From Candidatus Bathyarchaeota archaeon (GTDB lineage Archaea; Thermoproteota; Bathyarchaeia; 40CM-2-53-6), in contig VBAW01000018.1 of the NCBI GenBank assembly GCA_005888635.1, positions 11,391-75,390 on the forward strand: a stretch of 64,000 nt of DNA. Direction: 5' to 3'. Position 1 is the stretch's first letter. The number at the start of each line of letters is the position of its first letter. Both the position numbers and the translations under genes were made by a program. Shown here one piece after another: positions 38,994 through 47,350 of this stretch. Below the pieces are notes generated by a model. It did not search any database and was not told the origin of the DNA. It saw only the letters and a program-made list of their open reading frames with translations.

Positions 38994-39767
38994 TTGAATA
39001 TTCCAGCCGTTGTAGAACTAGAAAATCTAGAGAAGAGCTACCGGTTGGGAAAGGTTACCGTAAACGCACTCCGTGGCGTAACGCTGAAACTCGGGCAGGC
39101 TGAGTTCATGGTGATAATGGGCCCGTCTGGGTCTGGTAAGACGACTCTTCTCAACATAATCGGAACATTGGACAAGCCTACTTCTGGTCGTGCCCTCATT
39201 GATGGTGAAGACATCACTATAATGAATGATGGGCAATTGACGAAGCTGCGACGGCACAAGATAGGCTTCGTATTCCAGTTCCATAATCTCATTCCAGTTC
39301 TAACCGCACTAGAGAACGTTGAGCTTCCACTCATAACGTCGGGAATCAAACGAAGAGTATCCAGGGATAGGGCGATGGAACTGTTGCGCCGGGTGGGGCT
39401 TCAGGACCGGACTGATCATCTTCCGGACGAGTTGAGCGGGGGTGAACAGCAGCGGGTCGCTATCGCGAGAGCACTCGCTAATCATCCACGGATTGTTCTT
39501 GCCGACGAGCCGACCGGAGATCTCGATACTCAGACGGGCTTCGAAGTAGTTCAGCTAATGCATAGCATGGCAAAACAGGAGGGTTCCTCGGTCGTGGTGG
39601 TAACTCACGATCCCGTAGTGGCCGAAAGAGCGGATCGTCTCGTCGAGATGAGGGACGGGAGAATTACTGAGAAGGTCCGCGAGCGACTTGCGGGGGAGAA
39701 GCATACTATCAGGGCAGTAGAACCTCTGCCGCCTGAACCCGGACGCTCGTTATCCCAGCCAAATTAG
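38994..39767 (+). CDS. LolD/MacB-type ABC ATP-binding protein
   Basis: GPSGSGKTT, GFVFQ, LSGGEQQRVAIARAL, ADEPTGDLD, VTHD. Confidence 0.95.
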   Translation: MNIPAVVELENLEKSYRLGKVTVNALRGVTLKLGQAEFMVIMGPSGSGKTTLLNIIGTLDKPTSGRALIDGEDITIMNDGQLTKLRRHKIGFVFQFHNLIPVLTALENVELPLITSGIKRRVSRDRAMELLRRVGLQDRTDHLPDELSGGEQQRVAIARALANHPRIVLADEPTGDLDTQTGFEVVQLMHSMAKQEGSSVVVVTHDPVVAERADRLVEMRDGRITEKVRERLAGEKHTIRAVEPLPPEPGRSLSQPN

Positions 39768-39786
39768 GACTGTCGAGTGGATACCA

Positions 39787-42342
39787 TTGCTCTCGGCGAA
39801 AATCGCTTCCCGAAGCCTTCCAAAACGCCGGGCCCGAACGATTCTAACCATTACCGCCGTATTCCTTGGTGTCGCTCTGCTGGTAGGAATCAACATGGCC
39901 ACGGCCAGTGCGCTTGGCGAGTTCAACAATTACATCAACAAGTTCTGGGGGGCAACGGACATCGTAGTGACTTACGGGACTGAGGCTCCGTTCTACCCGA
40001 ATCTAACTCTCAGCAAAGTGTTGAGCGATCCTTTAGTCTGGCAGACCACTCAAAGGCTCAACTGGCTCGGAGCGATCGGCAATTCCGCGTCCAACACCAC
40101 ATTCCTCATCGTAGGAGTTGACTCGAAGACTGATTTCGACTATGCCACCTTCAACATCACTGGATCGTCAAGAGTCTCTTTCGGTGAGGCTGTGGTCGAT
40201 AACATACTAGCTCAGAAGTATGGACTAAGCGTCGACTCGACTTTCGAAATATTCACTCTGACATCACAGGGTAACATCCGACCGATACCTCTGCGAGTTG
40301 CAGGCATCAACTATCCTCTTCGAAACCTCGGCTCATCAATCTACATGTACCTTCCCGACCTGCAATCGGACCTTGTCTTAGGCGGACAGGTCACTCACAT
40401 CTACGCAAGCCTCTACGACTCCACTAAGGCATTGCTGGTGGAGAATGATCTTCAGAAATTGCTCCCGCTTTATGATGTGAGTGCTCCAAAGGCGGAGGCC
40501 GTCCAGCGCATTACTGCCCAGACTGCTGGTTTCCAAATAGGATTGAACGTCATGACAGCCATCTCCCTCGTCGTCTGCTCCTTCATCGTCTTCAACACTC
40601 TATTCATGACGGTTATCGAGAGAACCTATGAGATTGGAATAATGCGAGCGGTCGGAAGTTCTCGAAGCCAGATTTTCAGAATCTTCCTCGCCGAGGGTCT
40701 TCTAATTGGAGCCCTAGGCACAATCGCAGGAATACTAGGCGGCTTAGGACTAGCTCGACTCTTCACGTCAGTATTCGAGACTACTTTCAACATTCCTAGC
40801 CTGCCTGTCGCCCAGCTGACTCCTAGCATCGCTCTAACGGGTCTAGTCGCTGGATTCTCAGCCGTCTTCGGGGGAGCTCTGTATCCCGCAATCTCCGCGA
40901 GCAGAATAAACATCATCCAAGCGATTCGACCCTCAGCGAGGGACGCGAGGAGACAGCTACCCCTCTCAGGAGTCAGCTTAACGGGGATTGTTATGCTTGG
41001 GCTGGGAGCAAGTGAGTCGCTCCGACTCCCACCTTTTCACATCGCCTACCTAGACGTGATACTCGTTCCAATAGGCCTCATCCTCCTCGGAGCGGTCGTT
41101 TTCGGAAGAGTCGGCCGAGCAATCATGCTGCTAGTGTTCCCCGCATCTAGAACTGTCCGGTATGTTGCGTCGAGGGGCGGCAGAAGAAGACTATTGCGTA
41201 GCACGGTGTCATTTGGGATGATTGCGATAACACTCAGCTTTGCCATAATGATAGGCGGTATCCAGAGCGGCGTCCAAGAGGCGCTCCAACAGGGAATCCA
41301 AGAGGCACTTGGGGCTGACATAATTCTAGTTGCGAACCAGTCGATTCCGATCAGCTTCACAAGCAACCTGACGAGTCTGCAACATGTGGCCAGTGCAACA
41401 CCTCTCTCTCCAAGCGATCATCCTGCGAAAGCCCTCGGAAAGAAAGGGAACAGCAGCATCGGGGTTCTCGCCGTGGACCCATCAGTTTTTCCAAGTATCA
41501 TTTCGTACACGTTCGTAAACTCGTATAATGCCTCGGGACCATACTCTCAGCTTGCCTCCAATAACCAGTCGCTTCTGATTCCAGATTCGCTCGCGTCCAA
41601 GCTTGGAGTGGTCGGGGGGGATAGCCTTCCGATCCTAACAGATCTAAACAAAACGATCAGCTTCACTCTGGCTGGAGTCTTTACCGGTCCCGTGTTGCAG
41701 TATATTCAGTTCGGGGAGCATTTTGCCAGCGACTCGATCATAGTCTCGTTTGCTTCTCAACACGAATACTTTGGTGGAGAGGAGAAGGCACCGCTCTTCC
41801 TTGTCGACCTGCAGCCTCAGTACAAATCGCAGGCGACCAGCATTGCTCATGATATTGCGGACAGGTTTCCACATTATGATTTCAGCCAGAACTCTCTAAC
41901 CCTCGGCGAACTCCTGTCACTTGTGAATGATACTATCAACAGGATTTTTGCGCTGATATTGTTGATTCTTTATTTCGCTTTGCTGATAGCAAGTCTTGGC
42001 ATAGGCGCAACCATGATCATGAACGTATCGGACAGGAGGAGGGAGATAGGACTCTTACGGTCTCAAGGTATGAGCAGGCTGCAGATTACTGGGTTGTTTC
42101 TTGGTGAAGGAACTCTTCTGGGCCTCTTCGGATTCTTGCTGGCCGTACCTGGTGGTCTGCTGTTGTTGAAGGGAGCTACCAACAGCACTACACTGGCTGG
42201 TTTCTTTATTCCGTTCATCGTACCTTATGGTGCTATAGTTCAGTCGTTGATTCTTGCTCTTGTCGCAGTATTGATTGGCAGTCTGTATCCTGCGGTACGG
42301 GCGTCTCGATTAAAGATTACGCGCGCATTGGAGCAAGTATGA
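39787..42342 (+). CDS. FtsX/MacB-like ABC permease (duplicated)
   Basis: ERTYEIGIMRAVG and DRRREIGLLRSQG, LYPA..ASR repeats. Confidence 0.92.
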   Translation: MLSAKIASRSLPKRRARTILTITAVFLGVALLVGINMATASALGEFNNYINKFWGATDIVVTYGTEAPFYPNLTLSKVLSDPLVWQTTQRLNWLGAIGNSASNTTFLIVGVDSKTDFDYATFNITGSSRVSFGEAVVDNILAQKYGLSVDSTFEIFTLTSQGNIRPIPLRVAGINYPLRNLGSSIYMYLPDLQSDLVLGGQVTHIYASLYDSTKALLVENDLQKLLPLYDVSAPKAEAVQRITAQTAGFQIGLNVMTAISLVVCSFIVFNTLFMTVIERTYEIGIMRAVGSSRSQIFRIFLAEGLLIGALGTIAGILGGLGLARLFTSVFETTFNIPSLPVAQLTPSIALTGLVAGFSAVFGGALYPAISASRINIIQAIRPSARDARRQLPLSGVSLTGIVMLGLGASESLRLPPFHIAYLDVILVPIGLILLGAVVFGRVGRAIMLLVFPASRTVRYVASRGGRRRLLRSTVSFGMIAITLSFAIMIGGIQSGVQEALQQGIQEALGADIILVANQSIPISFTSNLTSLQHVASATPLSPSDHPAKALGKKGNSSIGVLAVDPSVFPSIISYTFVNSYNASGPYSQLASNNQSLLIPDSLASKLGVVGGDSLPILTDLNKTISFTLAGVFTGPVLQYIQFGEHFASDSIIVSFASQHEYFGGEEKAPLFLVDLQPQYKSQATSIAHDIADRFPHYDFSQNSLTLGELLSLVNDTINRIFALILLILYFALLIASLGIGATMIMNVSDRRREIGLLRSQGMSRLQITGLFLGEGTLLGLFGFLLAVPGGLLLLKGATNSTTLAGFFIPFIVPYGAIVQSLILALVAVLIGSLYPAVRASRLKITRALEQV

Positions 42343-42392
42343 TTACTGCCCGAGACTAAATATCACGGCAACCATGTTCATGGGGAACGGGT

Positions 42393-42989
42393 TTGCCCGG
42401 TAACGCCCTACTCTCAGTCTACGACAAAACAGGGCTGGACCGGCTAGCCTGGATATTCTCGAAGCTTCAGATCAAGATGCTTGGCTCTGGAGGGACTGCC
42501 GAGGCTGTCCGGAAACTTGGCTTCCATGTCGTCGAGGTTTCAGAGTATACTCAAGTCTCGGAGATGCCTGGGGGACTCGTGAAGACGTTACATCCAAGGA
42601 TTCATGGCGGAATACTCGGAGACTGGAATGACGCCGAGCAGCGGAAGTATCTGGAAGCGAACCGAATTGAGCCCCTAGATTTTGTGGTGGTAAATCTGTA
42701 TCCCTTCCAAGAGGTTGTGAAGGTTGATCCCAAGGATCTTCGGAAGGCCGTTGACAATATTGACATTGGAGGCGTTGCGCTAATACGGGCCGCGGGGAAA
42801 GGTGCATTGTTGAACCAACGAGTTGTGCCAGTGACTTCGCCGCTTCAGTATGAGGGCGTGGTCGCGGAGCTGGAGAGAAAAGGGTATGTAGGAAACGATC
42901 TGCGACAGCGCCTGGCCCGAGAAGCATTTGTTCTAACAGCAGACTATGACAAGGCAATACGGGACTACTTGATGGGTCAGGCTCGATGA
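42393..42989 (+). CDS. purH: IMP cyclohydrolase (N-terminal MGS-like half of PurH)
   Basis: ALLSVYDKTG, SGGTA, VKTLHPRIHGGIL, VVNLYPF, IDIGGVALIRAA, TADYD. Confidence 0.92.
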   Translation: MPGNALLSVYDKTGLDRLAWIFSKLQIKMLGSGGTAEAVRKLGFHVVEVSEYTQVSEMPGGLVKTLHPRIHGGILGDWNDAEQRKYLEANRIEPLDFVVVNLYPFQEVVKVDPKDLRKAVDNIDIGGVALIRAAGKGALLNQRVVPVTSPLQYEGVVAELERKGYVGNDLRQRLAREAFVLTADYDKAIRDYLMGQAR

Positions 42990-44065
42990 GCAAGCAGGAG
43001 ATTCGCAAAATCTATCGGACCGCTCTGAAGGAGGATTTTCCACAGGTTCTCAGACTGGAACTCGGGGGAAAGGTGTTCGAGTATTCCAAGGTTCACTGGA
43101 CGATTGGTGGGCAGGATCGTGGGCTGCGCTATGGGACGAATCCACACCAAAAAGCCGCATTGTACAGGGCTGAACATTCCCAGGGAGGGATTGGGAATGT
43201 GGAATGGATCAAATGGGGAAAGGACGGACCGTCAGCGACGAATATCGAGGATGGAAGTCATGGGCTGCGAATCGTCGGATATTTTGGCGAGCCGGCGGCA
43301 GCGGTGATGAAGCATCTCAATCCATCAGGAGTTTCTGTTGGGCATAAGGGCGAGGTGTTGTCCTCTGTTTATGCGCGGGCCCGAGATGCGGATCCGAGGG
43401 CCTCGTTTGGCAGCGTTGTTGTTCTCAACCGAAGGGTCGACAAGTTGACGGCCGAAGAATTGACGAAGACCTTTGTCGAAGTGGTCTATGCGCCTGACTA
43501 TGAGGAGTCGGCGATTTCAGTCTTCCATGCGAAGAAGGACATTCGGATTGGAAGGGTCCCTGTCCCCGATCATGGTTCGATCTCGCCCGACATTGTGGTG
43601 CTGGATGATGGGTCGCTAATACTCGAGGATTCCTACCGAACTGGATTACAATCGTTGGAACAACTGAAAAAGTTGCCAGTAGCTACGAAGCGCTCACCAT
43701 CAGAAACCGAGTACCATGCTCTGCTGCATTCCTGGTGGGCAGCATGCGAGATTCGATCTAACGCTGTCGTGTTCTGGAAGAACGACACGTCTCTGGCGAT
43801 CGGGACGGGACAACAAGACAGAATCGGCGCAATCGAATCCTGTATCGAGAAAGCCCACAAGTTCGGCCACGATCTCAAAGGCAGCGTAATGGCCTCCGAC
43901 GGATTCTTGCCCAACATCGATAATGTAGAAGCAGTTGCAAAAGAAGGCGTCTCGGCAATTGTTCAGCCCGGAGGTTCAGTCGAAGATCAAGAGCTGGTCA
44001 GAGCGTGCGATCAGCATGGAATCGCTATGGTCATGACAGGAGAACGTTCCTTCCGTCACTTCTAA
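42986..44065 (+). CDS. purH: AICAR transformylase (C-terminal half of PurH)
   Basis: LRYGTNPHQ, MKHLNPSG, ADPRASFG, RSNA, GTGQQDR, ASDGF, QPGGS, TGERSFRH. Confidence 0.92.
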   Translation: MSKQEIRKIYRTALKEDFPQVLRLELGGKVFEYSKVHWTIGGQDRGLRYGTNPHQKAALYRAEHSQGGIGNVEWIKWGKDGPSATNIEDGSHGLRIVGYFGEPAAAVMKHLNPSGVSVGHKGEVLSSVYARARDADPRASFGSVVVLNRRVDKLTAEELTKTFVEVVYAPDYEESAISVFHAKKDIRIGRVPVPDHGSISPDIVVLDDGSLILEDSYRTGLQSLEQLKKLPVATKRSPSETEYHALLHSWWAACEIRSNAVVFWKNDTSLAIGTGQQDRIGAIESCIEKAHKFGHDLKGSVMASDGFLPNIDNVEAVAKEGVSAIVQPGGSVEDQELVRACDQHGIAMVMTGERSFRHF

Positions 44066-44191
44066 GAAAAGTAACCGGGTTGACCTTCTTGGGATAGACC
44101 CGCTTCTTCTGCGCTCAGATGAAGCGTTTTTCATTTACTTTAACCCCTAAAACCCTTTTACGGACGAATTCTAGTTTCGGTTGTCTTCGAA

Positions 44192-45091
44192 TTGCGGGTC
44201 AGACGATCCGGCAGCGTCCGTGCTTATTACGAGTTGATGAAGCCGAAGATCGTCTATCTGCTAGATTTTACAGCGCTCATTGCGTTTCTAGTTGCCGTTC
44301 CCGGTATCAACTTCCTCCGACTCGTTGCAGTCGTTGTTGCGGGAACGCTGGCCTCTGGGGGAGCGGGAGCACTGAACAGCTATGTCGACCGGGACTTCGA
44401 CCGCTTAATGGGGCGGACAAGTTGGAGACCTATTCCTCGAGGAGAGATATCCCCTGCCCGTGCTCTCCTCTTCGGCCTATCTCTCATCGGCATTAGCGGA
44501 GTCATCTCCGCGTTGTTCCTTCCATGGCTTGCTGGCTTGTTCATCATCCTAGGCGCAGCCATCTACGTCTTATTCTACACCAAGTATCTGAAGCCTAGAA
44601 CCACACTGAACATTGTCTTAGGAGGGTTCGCCGGGAGCTGCGCTCCCCTCGCGGGATGGGCAGCGGCGACGGGTGAGTTGACGGCTGCAGCTCCGTGGCT
44701 GATGGCTCTCCTGGTCTTCGTCTGGACCCCCAGCCATTTCTGGGCACTGGCTATGAGGGCTGTAGGCGACTATACGAAGGCAGGAATCCCCATGCTGCCC
44801 GTTGTGGTGGGCGAGAAGAAAACGGCGCAATACATTGCGCTGAATACGTTCCTGTTAGTTCCGCTATCTCTAGCTTTTGTGCTTCCTGCCTTGGGGGGAT
44901 TTGGAATCATCTACCTAGTTACCGCCACGTTACTGGGTCTCGGCATGATTCTTGTCGATCTCAAACTCGTCGCCAATCCGACCAAAGCTCAGGCTTGGAC
45001 AGCCTTCAAGTTCTCCAGCCCTTATCTGGCGATCGTGTTTCTTGCGATGGTTCTGGACGTGAAGCTTCTTCCACACTATCTCCCAATATAG
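44192..45091 (+). CDS. cyoE: Protoheme IX farnesyltransferase (heme O synthase)
   Basis: MKPKI, NSYVDRDFDRLMGRT..RP, LKPRT, WTPSHFWAL, DYTKAGIPMLP. Confidence 0.93.
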   Translation: MRVRRSGSVRAYYELMKPKIVYLLDFTALIAFLVAVPGINFLRLVAVVVAGTLASGGAGALNSYVDRDFDRLMGRTSWRPIPRGEISPARALLFGLSLIGISGVISALFLPWLAGLFIILGAAIYVLFYTKYLKPRTTLNIVLGGFAGSCAPLAGWAAATGELTAAAPWLMALLVFVWTPSHFWALAMRAVGDYTKAGIPMLPVVVGEKKTAQYIALNTFLLVPLSLAFVLPALGGFGIIYLVTATLLGLGMILVDLKLVANPTKAQAWTAFKFSSPYLAIVFLAMVLDVKLLPHYLPI

Positions 45092-45096
45092 ACAGG

Positions 45097-45699
45097 TCAG
45101 AATTTCGCGGAGAGTTTCAAAAAGTTCTGAATGATGGTGCGTCCATGGGGATGCTTCTCATCAGACCTTTCCGGATGGAACTGGAGACCGTAGATTGGGC
45201 GTGTCTGATGGCCTATGGCCTCAACCTGTGATGTTGCCGACTCAGCTAGATGGCGGAATCCTTCAGGGACGCGTCCTAGGGCTTGACGATGTGACTCGGA
45301 TACTCTTATCGAATCGGGCAGTCCGTCGAATATGGGATCGTTTCCTAATAGTTTGATTTCTTTGAACTCTCGAATTGCATGGCCGAGGTCCACGACTTCT
45401 GACCCGTAGGCTGTGCCGATGAGCTGGTGTCCAAAGCAGATTCCGAGAAACGGTCGGTCTAGCTTTCGGACTAGGTCCATCTCAGGCTGGAACACCATTC
45501 TCGTGTCAGGCTTGGACAGCATGAAGTTTGAGCCTGTGAGAATTGTGATGTCAGGATTCTTCTGCAAGACCAGATCGTGCATCCCAGCGATCTTGTAATG
45601 GATCATCTCTGGCTGTTGGCCTGTGCAGAGTGCGATGTTGTTCAACGCCTGTTTCGTTTTTTCCGGTTCCTTGTAGTTGTTGATTACCAGGATCTTCAA
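45097..45699 (-). CDS. Class I glutamine amidotransferase (GMP synthase subunit A-like)
   Basis: LGICFGHQ, ESH, YGLQFHPE. Confidence 0.85.
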   Translation of the reverse strand: MKILVINNYKEPEKTKQALNNIALCTGQQPEMIHYKIAGMHDLVLQKNPDITILTGSNFMLSKPDTRMVFQPEMDLVRKLDRPFLGICFGHQLIGTAYGSEVVDLGHAIREFKEIKLLGNDPIFDGLPDSIRVSESHRQALGRVPEGFRHLAESATSQVEAIGHQTRPIYGLQFHPERSDEKHPHGRTIIQNFLKLSAKF

Positions 45700-45708
45700 T
45701 CTATTAGG

Positions 45709-46866
45709 TCACAGGGCTGCGAGGAGCTTGTCGATTTCCTCCTCGGTATTGTAGTAGTGGGGAGAGGCGCGTATAGCCTTGACTCTACTCGCCACAGTAA
45801 TGTTCAGTGACTTTAGCTTGTTGAACGTCGCCTGAGGGTCCTCGTCTTCGAAGACTACTATTCCGCTTCGACGTTCAGACTGTAGAGGGGTCAGTATTTT
45901 CCGTCCTTTCTTCTTCAAACCATCGATGAGATGATCTGTGACCTTGAGAATTCGATGGTATCTTTCCTGTTGGTCTTGCTTGAGCGCGTATTCAAGAGCG
46001 GCCTTCGCTCCCACGATCGAGACTACTCCCCAGCTTCCTCCCTCGAAACGAGTCGCGTCCAACGCGGGCTCTGCAATGTCGATGTTGAAGGGCTTGCCGA
46101 ACAAGTCTTCCTGCTTGGACATTCTCCTGACGACAGAATCTTCCACTCCATGCCATCCGATGTAGTTAGGGTCCAGCTCACTGAGCCTATCACTGCGTGT
46201 GTATAGGTAGGCGGCGCCGTGGGGCCCTTGCATCCACTTGTACATTCCGCAAGCTAGCGCATCGACCCCGTCTTGTTTGGCATTGATCGGGAAGACTCCT
46301 AGTCCGTGGAAGGAGTCTGCTATCACAAACGCGTTGTGCTCATGAGCGATCTTTGCGATCTCCCTGATCTTTTCTCTGCAGCCATTCGTCCAGGACACAT
46401 AGTCGACCGAGACGATAGAGGTGTTGTCATCGATCGCCTTCTCCCATTCTTCTAGAGGAACGGTGCCATTCTGGTCCTTTCTCAGTAGCCGAACCTCGTT
46501 GGTGCGGCCGTGCTTCTTCTGGAGATGCCAGAGGTAGATGTTCGTGGGAAAGTTCAGTTCGCTGATAACAATGTTACCGTTAGGTTTGTACTTGACACTA
46601 CTCGCCAGCGCGGTGAGAGCTGAGCTGACGTTCGGGACACTCGCGACCTCTTCTAGGCTTGCTCCGATCATCTTTCCGAAGAGTCGGCGGGATTCGATGA
46701 TCATGGGTAGCCATTCTTCCCAGTTTTCGCCATAGTCGCGCCAGTCCGTTAGGTATTCGTGGATCGCGTTGAGAACATTGATTGAGGGCGGGCCCGTCCC
46801 GGCGTTATCGAAGTATGCTCGTCGAGAAGTTACGGGAATTTCCTTTCTGACAAGGTCAATATTCAA
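45709..46866 (-). CDS. Class V PLP-dependent aminotransferase/lyase
   Basis: YFDNAGTG, DSFHGLG, CGMYKWMQGP, IRASPHYYNT; TTG 46866 avoids the overlap. Confidence 0.88.
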   Translation of the reverse strand: MNIDLVRKEIPVTSRRAYFDNAGTGPPSINVLNAIHEYLTDWRDYGENWEEWLPMIIESRRLFGKMIGASLEEVASVPNVSSALTALASSVKYKPNGNIVISELNFPTNIYLWHLQKKHGRTNEVRLLRKDQNGTVPLEEWEKAIDDNTSIVSVDYVSWTNGCREKIREIAKIAHEHNAFVIADSFHGLGVFPINAKQDGVDALACGMYKWMQGPHGAAYLYTRSDRLSELDPNYIGWHGVEDSVVRRMSKQEDLFGKPFNIDIAEPALDATRFEGGSWGVVSIVGAKAALEYALKQDQQERYHRILKVTDHLIDGLKKKGRKILTPLQSERRSGIVVFEDEDPQATFNKLKSLNITVASRVKAIRASPHYYNTEEEIDKLLAAL

Positions 46867-46921
46867 GGGGGACAGCGCCTGGTGACGTTCCAAGTTTTCC
46901 GTTCGAAGTATAAAGGGAGTG

Positions 46922-47200
46922 CTAGTTGGAGTGGAAAGCTTCAACGCCAGCTTCTGAGATGCAGTTCTTGCACCAGAACTGGTTTTTCTCGGGACTGTAT
47001 TCTGCATAGGAGTCGGTGACAACGTTTCCGCAACGGCTGCATCGTAGAATCATGACACGCCGCATCTTGTGATGCGGAAGATCTTTCTTGTGGATAGAGA
47101 TGTCAGCATCTCCAAGTTCAACGATGACGTTGCACGTCTCGCAGTAGTAGACCGTGTTTAGTACTGCTTTGTCTCTCGCCTCTACCCAGTCTTCAGCCAT
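46922..47200 (-). CDS. Small double Zn-finger protein
   Basis: CETC..H..HH, CSRC, CKNC. Confidence 0.8.
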   Translation of the reverse strand: MAEDWVEARDKAVLNTVYYCETCNVIVELGDADISIHKKDLPHHKMRRVMILRCSRCGNVVTDSYAEYSPEKNQFWCKNCISEAGVEAFHSN

Positions 47201-47301
47201 GAACTAATATGTGCACTCTCCTTGAAAAATCTGCAAGACTAGCCGGTCATGGTCCGTGGAGGCACAGTCTTCCACGGCAGGCTAGAGGTGTTAGGTCAAG
47301 G

Positions 47302-47313
47302 CCGATAACCTTA
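47302..47313 (+). promoter_or_regulatory. BRE/TATA-like element of SBP paralogue 1
   Basis: CCGATAACCTTA; matches CCGATAAACTTA upstream of paralogue 2. Confidence 0.5.
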
Positions 47314-47350
47314 TCCTTCAAGTCGAGAGATTAGTGATAATTCGAGTAGT

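Noticed and set aside
45709-46866. Cysteine desulfurase (sufS/iscS) call
   Set aside because: The catalytic Cys loop is absent
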